Below are positions 58,459 to 64,000 of a stretch of DNA of 64,000 bases, in pieces. Location of the stretch: the NCBI GenBank assembly GCA_964508365.1, contig CAZDTP010000014.1, forward strand, positions 8,190 to 72,189. Reading direction: 5' to 3'. The notes under the pieces were generated by a model. It did not search any database and was not told the DNA's origin. It saw nothing but the letters and a program-made list of their open reading frames with translations. Numbering within the stretch: the stretch's first letter is position 1; each line of letters begins with the position of its first letter. The stretch is from an uncultured archaeon (GTDB lineage Archaea > Asgardarchaeota > Lokiarchaeia > Sigyniarchaeales > SOKP01). A program made the translations under genes and the position numbers.

Positions 58459-59136
58459 TTGGAAAACTTAAAAAATCTAGATTCGATCCCCCGTTTACAA
58501 GTTGCATTAGATCTTGAAAATATGGATGATGCTCTTAAATTAGCATCTAAAGTGGCACCATATATAGATATTTTGGAAGCAGGTACACCTTTAATAAAGT
58601 CTGAAGGTATAAAAGCTGTTCGAATATTAAAAGAAACTTATCCCGATAAATTAATTTGTGCTGATTTAAAAATAGCTGATGCTGGATATCTTGAAGTGCG
58701 TATGGCTGCTAAAGCACGCGCGGATATTATTACTGTACTGGCCGATGCTTACAATATTACAATAGAGGAGACTTTACGCGCTGCTGATGAGTTTAAGGTA
58801 GAAATTATGGCAGATCTTATTATGTCTAGACGCCCTAAAAAGAGGCTGGAAGAAATAAAAACACTTAATTATAAAGGTAGAAGATTAAGTTACGCTTTAG
58901 TGCATAGTGGGTTAGACCGTCAAGAATCAAGGCATTCTCCTCTATCGGAATTAAAATCTTTAGCAGATGTATATAATTGTCCCAAATTAGCGATAGCTGG
59001 AGGTATTCAATTAAACGACATTCCAAAAATAAAACCTTACGCAATAGATATTATCATTGTTGGTGGTGCGATTACTAAATCAGAAAATCCAACTAAAGCG
59101 GCAAAACAGATTAAAGAAGCAATATTAAAAAATTGA
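58459..59136 (+). CDS. hxlA: 3-hexulose-6-phosphate synthase
   Basis: LQVALD, ILEAGTPLIKSEG, DLKIADAG, IAGGI. Confidence 0.88.
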   Translation: MENLKNLDSIPRLQVALDLENMDDALKLASKVAPYIDILEAGTPLIKSEGIKAVRILKETYPDKLICADLKIADAGYLEVRMAAKARADIITVLADAYNITIEETLRAADEFKVEIMADLIMSRRPKKRLEEIKTLNYKGRRLSYALVHSGLDRQESRHSPLSELKSLADVYNCPKLAIAGGIQLNDIPKIKPYAIDIIIVGGAITKSENPTKAAKQIKEAILKN

Positions 59137-59237
59137 TAAATAACTTTACTTCTTGTATTATTTTGAGACTAAATCTAACCTAATACAGAGAAATTTACTA
59201 TGCAATGAAGTATGATGATTAACTTTTTTTAGTCAGA

Positions 59238-60029
59238 TTAGACCAATTTTTCACGCATTCCTTCTAAAAATTCATCAAGTTCTTTCATGGTTTTTTTCTT
59301 TTTATCATAAGCGACTTTCCCGCAATCTTCTTCTAAGTCGAAACACGATTTGATATACCTTTTATTCATGATTGTTAGCATTGATTTTATAAAGATTAGA
59401 AATTCCATTTGATACTTACCCATCTGTTTTGCAAAAGAAAGAGTTTCAGCATCGAGTTGATCAAGTGGAAAAACTCTTGTAGGAAAATTTATGTTCTTTA
59501 ATTCTTCTAATCCAACCTTATCAGCTGTTAATAGTATTTTTTTAGCATAGCTAAGTCCAAATGAGAGTAAAGGTAAAAGAGTTGCTCCTGTCTGGGGAAA
59601 TGCTGAAATTTCAATTTCTGGTAGTTTTAGATATAGTTCTTCCATTGGTCTATCTGCAAAGATTTTTAAGTCAGAAGCCAATATCAACATGACTCCAAAA
59701 CCAATCGCTATGCCTTGAATTTGCGTGATAACTGGTTTTTTCATAAGGAGCATTGTTTCATTGACCTTTCTCCCCCACTGTTGAATAGTAGCGACATTTT
59801 TTGGATCACCCTGAATTTCTTTCAAATCGTAACCCGCAGAGAAGAATTTTTGACCAGTACTTTTTATTAGAATACATCTAACTTGTTCATCATTGTCTGC
59901 TTCAATCAACTTTGTGTGTAGCGATTTTAACATATCACCGTTGAATGAATGTGCTTTTTCTGGTCTATTAATTGTGATTTTAGCGATACGTCCTCTCAAT
60001 TCATACAAAATTAAATCTTGATTGCTCAT
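59238..60029 (-). CDS. Enoyl-CoA hydratase/isomerase family
   Basis: ITINRPEKAHS, FSAGYDLKE, AIGFG, LPE. Confidence 0.88.
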   Translation of the reverse strand: MSNQDLILYELRGRIAKITINRPEKAHSFNGDMLKSLHTKLIEADNDEQVRCILIKSTGQKFFSAGYDLKEIQGDPKNVATIQQWGRKVNETMLLMKKPVITQIQGIAIGFGVMLILASDLKIFADRPMEELYLKLPEIEISAFPQTGATLLPLLSFGLSYAKKILLTADKVGLEELKNINFPTRVFPLDQLDAETLSFAKQMGKYQMEFLIFIKSMLTIMNKRYIKSCFDLEEDCGKVAYDKKKKTMKELDEFLEGMREKLV

Positions 60030-60176
60030 ACGATTATTAAATTGAAATTTTATTTAAACGATACCAATAAAGAACTAAATTTATTCTTTCCTATAAATAA
60101 GTTTAAATTGAAATCTACATGTAAAATTGACATAAATATCATTTATATTTTTAACGACCTTTAATTTGCAGAAACA

Positions 60177-60863
60177 ATGGGTAATCTGATGGAAAATCGT
60201 GTATTTAAATTCATTCGAGATAATGGAGGGTATTTTGGAATTAGTGGAGCAATATCGATGGCGTTATCGGCTCTAATTTCATTTTTTTTGAACTTATCTG
60301 TGAATCCTAATTTCAGTATAGTATCATATGCAGTAAGTGATTTGATATCAGGACCAGTAATCTCACGCATAATTTTTAGTGTTGGATTAATAATTGCTAG
60401 TTTCTGTCAAATCCCTACATACATATCTTTAATAAATTATTTTACTATTAAGGAGAATTATCCTTTTTTATTCAAAATTACCGCACTGAGTTCCTTTTTA
60501 GCAATTATTAGCCATAATATCTTAAGTTTAGTTCCTTCAGAGAGGAATGTTTTGCTGTTATTCTTAACTCATGGTATTGCTGCAGGAATCCACTATGTAA
60601 CAGGTACAATTTCTTTAATTTTAATTGGAAGAATTGAACTTTTAGATATAAAGATTTCCAAGATTCTAATGATTATATCATTTACTACTGGTGTATTATA
60701 TGGTATAGTTTGGATAAGATATCTTCTCTCTTTAATAGTCGGAATAGAAGAACTGTTTATGTACTATTTATTTCAATGGTTTGCACTCGTTGGGGTTATC
60801 TTGTGGTCGCTATCTCATGGTATATTTTTATTAAAAGCTAAAAAGCGAGACCAATGGGTATAA
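60177..60863 (+). CDS. DUF998-like membrane protein
   Basis: About 6 TM segments; FSIVSYAVSDL, conserved His before HGIAAG. Confidence 0.6.
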   Translation: MGNLMENRVFKFIRDNGGYFGISGAISMALSALISFFLNLSVNPNFSIVSYAVSDLISGPVISRIIFSVGLIIASFCQIPTYISLINYFTIKENYPFLFKITALSSFLAIISHNILSLVPSERNVLLLFLTHGIAAGIHYVTGTISLILIGRIELLDIKISKILMIISFTTGVLYGIVWIRYLLSLIVGIEELFMYYLFQWFALVGVILWSLSHGIFLLKAKKRDQWV

Positions 60864-61179
60864 AAAATTGTTACTTCATGGATGCTTTTATACAACTAAG
60901 GTTTGTTGAAAATATCAAACCGAGAATACTATCCATTGATATCTAAATTTTAGCGTTCTTGGATTCTCGGGTGTTATTTATAAAAGAGATTATTGAATTT
61001 ATTATTACTCGACATTTTTTTTTAAAAAGTTTTTTTTGCCCTTAAAAATCTTTTTTATTTCACTTAATATAGGTTCTAATAGTTCTTTTCACTTCCGTAG
61101 ACATCTATAAGCGATTCATCAGTATCAATGTTGACAATTCAATAGAATTAAATTCTATTAGTTATTAACTCTCATATAT

Positions 61180-62328
61180 GTGATTTGTATGGAATTAAAT
61201 ACCTTATTCAGTCCAGAAAAGATTGGAAATGTTCAAATTAAAAACCGAATTGTTCGATCAGCGACTTATACACGAAAATCAGAAAAATACGGAATAGTGG
61301 GCAATACATTAGTTGAGTTTTATGATGAATTGGCTCAAGGTGGAACGGGTTTAATAATTTCGGAGTTTATAGGCGTTGATCCTAGTGGAACAATGAGTGC
61401 ATATCAACTTCGTTTAGATAATGATTCTTTTATTCCTGGTCAAAGAAAATTGGTTGAGGCTGTTCACAATTATCATGAAGTTAAAATAGCGGCTCAAATT
61501 GCACATACTGGACGTCAGGGAGCTCATCCTAAATATCCTCCCGTTGCTCCTTCTCCAATACCTGATAAAATTACTGGTTTAACACCCCGAGAATTAACAA
61601 AACCTGAAATTGAAGACCTAATACAAAAATTTGTTGCAACAGGAAGAAGAGCTTATGAAAGCGGATATGACATGGTTCAATTACATGCTGCACATGGTTA
61701 CTTTTTAAGTAATTTTATTTCACCTTATACAAATAGGCGATCTGACAATTATGGTGGAACCAATGAGAACATGGCAAGAATACTAACCGAAATCTATGAT
61801 GGTCTTAAAGATGAAGTTGGAAAGAAATTTCCTGTAATAATTAAATTACAGACAAAAGATTTTGTATCTGGAGGTTTAGAAATGAAACAAGGTTTAGAAA
61901 TTGCTAAGATATTAGTGGATAAAGGTTTCGAGGCAATAGAACCGAGTGGAGGAATAGGTGAAACTCAAATTGGAACAAAGAACGCATATCCAAGCAGACA
62001 GATTAAATCACCAGAAGAAGAAAATTACTTTCTACCAATTGTTAAAGAATTAAAACCTTCTATGAAAAATTGCAAAATGATTCTGATGGGTGGAATTAAA
62101 AACCCTATTTCTGCTGAAAATTTCCTTAAAGCAGGGATAACAGATTTTATCTCTTTGAGCAGACCCTTAATATATGAACCGAATCTTCCGAATCGATGGA
62201 TGAATGGTGATTTAAAACCTGCTAAATGTAGGAGTTGCAACTCTTGTTATGTGACTATATTTACCGGCCCAGTTTATTGCGTTGTTAGGAGAAGGTTAGA
62301 AAAAAGAAAACAAAGAAAAATGAAGTAA
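61180..62328 (+). CDS. NADH:flavin oxidoreductase (Old Yellow Enzyme family)
   Basis: NRIVRSAT, QIAHTGR, QLHAAHGY, NRRSDNYGG, SRPLIYEP. Confidence 0.9.
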   Translation: MICMELNTLFSPEKIGNVQIKNRIVRSATYTRKSEKYGIVGNTLVEFYDELAQGGTGLIISEFIGVDPSGTMSAYQLRLDNDSFIPGQRKLVEAVHNYHEVKIAAQIAHTGRQGAHPKYPPVAPSPIPDKITGLTPRELTKPEIEDLIQKFVATGRRAYESGYDMVQLHAAHGYFLSNFISPYTNRRSDNYGGTNENMARILTEIYDGLKDEVGKKFPVIIKLQTKDFVSGGLEMKQGLEIAKILVDKGFEAIEPSGGIGETQIGTKNAYPSRQIKSPEEENYFLPIVKELKPSMKNCKMILMGGIKNPISAENFLKAGITDFISLSRPLIYEPNLPNRWMNGDLKPAKCRSCNSCYVTIFTGPVYCVVRRRLEKRKQRKMK

Positions 62329-62494
62329 TTTGAGTTTTCATTGTAAATGCAATTGATATCACATTATTATTATAATAAAAATTCTACCTGTAACTTGTTT
62401 TTCAATTGTCTTAAAAAGATTCCTCAACATTAATTAAGAAAAAAATCTAATGTAAATTATATTTAAAACCTAAATAAACACAAAACAATTTTAA

Positions 62495-63790
62495 GTGAAA
62501 ATAATGAAAAAAGTAGCTATTGTTGGGGTAGGAATTACCCCTTTTAGAGCAAGATATTTGGATAAAACATATTTCGAGCTCGCCTACGATGCGACTAAAC
62601 TCGCTTTGGAAGATGCGAACAAAAATGGGGCGGAAATTACTCATAACAATTTAGAATCTACGGTTTATGGTATATATAACGAGTTATTTGAACGACAATT
62701 CATGCCGGATATCTTTATAAATTCGTACATCGGAATGAATAATAAACCGGGAACGCGAATAGCTTCTGGGGGCGCTACTGGAGGTTATACCGTGAGAATG
62801 GCATACGCGGAAGTAGCCTCTGGGCTTTCTGATCTATGTCTCTGTCTTGGTGTGGAGAAATGTAATGACTGTTATGACGAACAGACCGGTGTGACAACCC
62901 CTGAAGTCTTGAACGCAATCGCTTATTCAGCAGACATGACATACGAATATCCAATGGGTATGATGGCCGCCAGTTCATATGTTTCAATGGTTAACGCTCA
63001 TTACGAAGAATTTGGTAATCCAACTGAAGAACAAATGGCTTATGTTAGCGTCAAGAATCACGGAAATGCCATATTAAACCCGAAGGCACAATCTCCAATG
63101 AAAGTAAGCGTGGAGGATGTTCTAAACTCACGTATCATATGTTTTCCTTTCAAGATGCTTGATTGTTGCTTGTATTCGGAAGCTTCCGCTGCACTTATTC
63201 TGGCATCAGAAGATAAAGTGAAGGAGTTAAAAATTGAAAAACCAATATGGATTACCGGAGTCGATGCAGCGAATACTGATTGTTTTATTGGTAATCGGGA
63301 GGATATGGGTCGTCTTTATTCAAATATCTATGCTGCAAAAGGCGCTTATAAAATGGCTGGTCTTGATTATAGTAAGATAAAGAACCAAATTGACCTCGCT
63401 GAGCTTCATGATGCCTTCTCTGGACATTATTTGTCATAAAGACAATTCGCCAGTCAAGAAGTCATCTCGTATGAGGAACTTGGATTCGTACCTTTTGGAG
63501 AGGGTGGTCCGTGGATAAAGAAAACATTTGAAAAACCAGGAGAGGGTCCATGGTTAGAGGGAGAACTCCCGTGTTGTCCCTCAGGTGGATTGATAGGTTG
63601 TGGACACGCTGTTGGTGCAACGGGAATTATGAGCACAGGTGAAGCTGCTCTTCAATTAAGAGGAGAAGCAGGAAAACATCAAGTATCAATTAATAAAGGG
63701 AGAGCTATATCTCATTCTATTGGAGGTCCTGGTGCTGCCTATGCTGCTATAATCGTAATGGTAAACGAGGAGGGGATGAAGAAACCATGA
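62495..63790 (+). CDS. Thiolase-family protein (SCP2/HDAF type), split as join(62495..63425,63456..63790) by a 30-nt intron
   Basis: ELHDAF, CPSGGLIGCGHAVGATG, HSIGG. The frame continues unchanged after the TAA at 63437-39; removing 63426-63455 gives a continuous 421-aa thiolase. Confidence 0.88.
63426..63455 (+). other. Predicted bulge-helix-bulge intron in a protein-coding gene
   Basis: Outer helix CTTCT/AGAAG, 4-bp central helix CTGG/CCAG, 3-nt bulges AC|A and TC|A, inner hairpin TTGTC/GACAA. Confidence 0.85.
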
Positions 63791-64000
63791 GCGAAGAGTT
63801 TCAAGACCATCAAATTCGAGATGTCATAAAAATTAACTACAAATACACGATGGGTGGACAATCGAAGTTTTTTATTGAAGTGATGAAAAATAAGAGACTT
63901 TTAGGTACAAAATGTAAGAAGTGCGGAAAAACTTGGATGCCTCCAAGAATTAATTGTTCTGATTGTTACGAACCTGCAGATTGGGTGGAGCTTAAACAGA
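63787..64000 (+). CDS. DUF35 Zn-ribbon/OB-fold thiolase partner, 3'-truncated by window edge
   Basis: ATGA overlap with the thiolase stop; GTKCKKCGKTWMPPRINCSDC. Confidence 0.88.
   Translation, partial: MSEEFQDHQIRDVIKINYKYTMGGQSKFFIEVMKNKRLLGTKCKKCGKTWMPPRINCSDCYEPADWVELKQ

Noticed and set aside
63437-63439. Stop-codon readthrough or recoding (Sec/Pyl) in the thiolase
   Set aside because: The codon is TAA, not TGA or TAG, and readthrough would leave 10 extra residues in the catalytic loop. The BHB explains the insert exactly.
63490-63547. Second BHB-like fold in the thiolase, around the GEGGPW..GEGPW duplication
   Set aside because: Excision would remove 41 nt and break an intact frame; the 3' bulge does not end in A and there is no inner helix.
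769-63636. Other short overlapping or antisense ORFs in the track (e.g. 769, 929, 3332, 13292, 24111, 30017, 32056, 44064, 52884, 62775, 63454)
   Set aside because: They lie inside well-supported genes and show no recognisable motifs.
63590-63790. Independent 66-aa gene starting at TTG 63590
   Set aside because: It is the C-terminal part of the thiolase, exon 2.
1-64000. rRNA genes, CRISPR arrays, IS/transposases, integrases, selenoprotein TGA/SECIS pairs
   Set aside because: None were recognisable on either strand by inspection.

Overview
AT-rich archaeal chromosomal window. Gene content (PolB1 and PolB2, Alba, archaeal ACDS beta/epsilon, Tes-like radical SAM, a longin/uDENN-like domain, a giant FG-GAP surface protein) suggests an Asgard archaeon, probably Lokiarchaeia (inference). 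About 50 CDSs, one tRNA-Thr(UGU) with a non-canonical intron at 30/31, and no rRNA, CRISPR array or transposase. Top finding: the thiolase-family gene at 62495-63790 is interrupted just after its HDAF active-site loop by a 30-nt stop-containing insert (63426-63455). The insert folds into a canonical bulge-helix-bulge (BHB), and cutting at the standard BHB positions restores ELHDAFSGQEVISYEELG exactly, so this looks like a tRNA-endonuclease-type intron in an mRNA. Other notable items: two copies of a structured RNA leader plus small-ORF cassette (14.7-15.8 kb); an AbrB-like/longin/single-TBP-repeat fusion; a 2711-aa membrane protein with exact 184-aa periodicity; a +1-frameshifted wHTH tail on PolB2; dapL with no canonical start codon; a 55-bp att-like duplication of the cdhC 3' end. 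All family calls come from motif recognition by eye; no searches were run.
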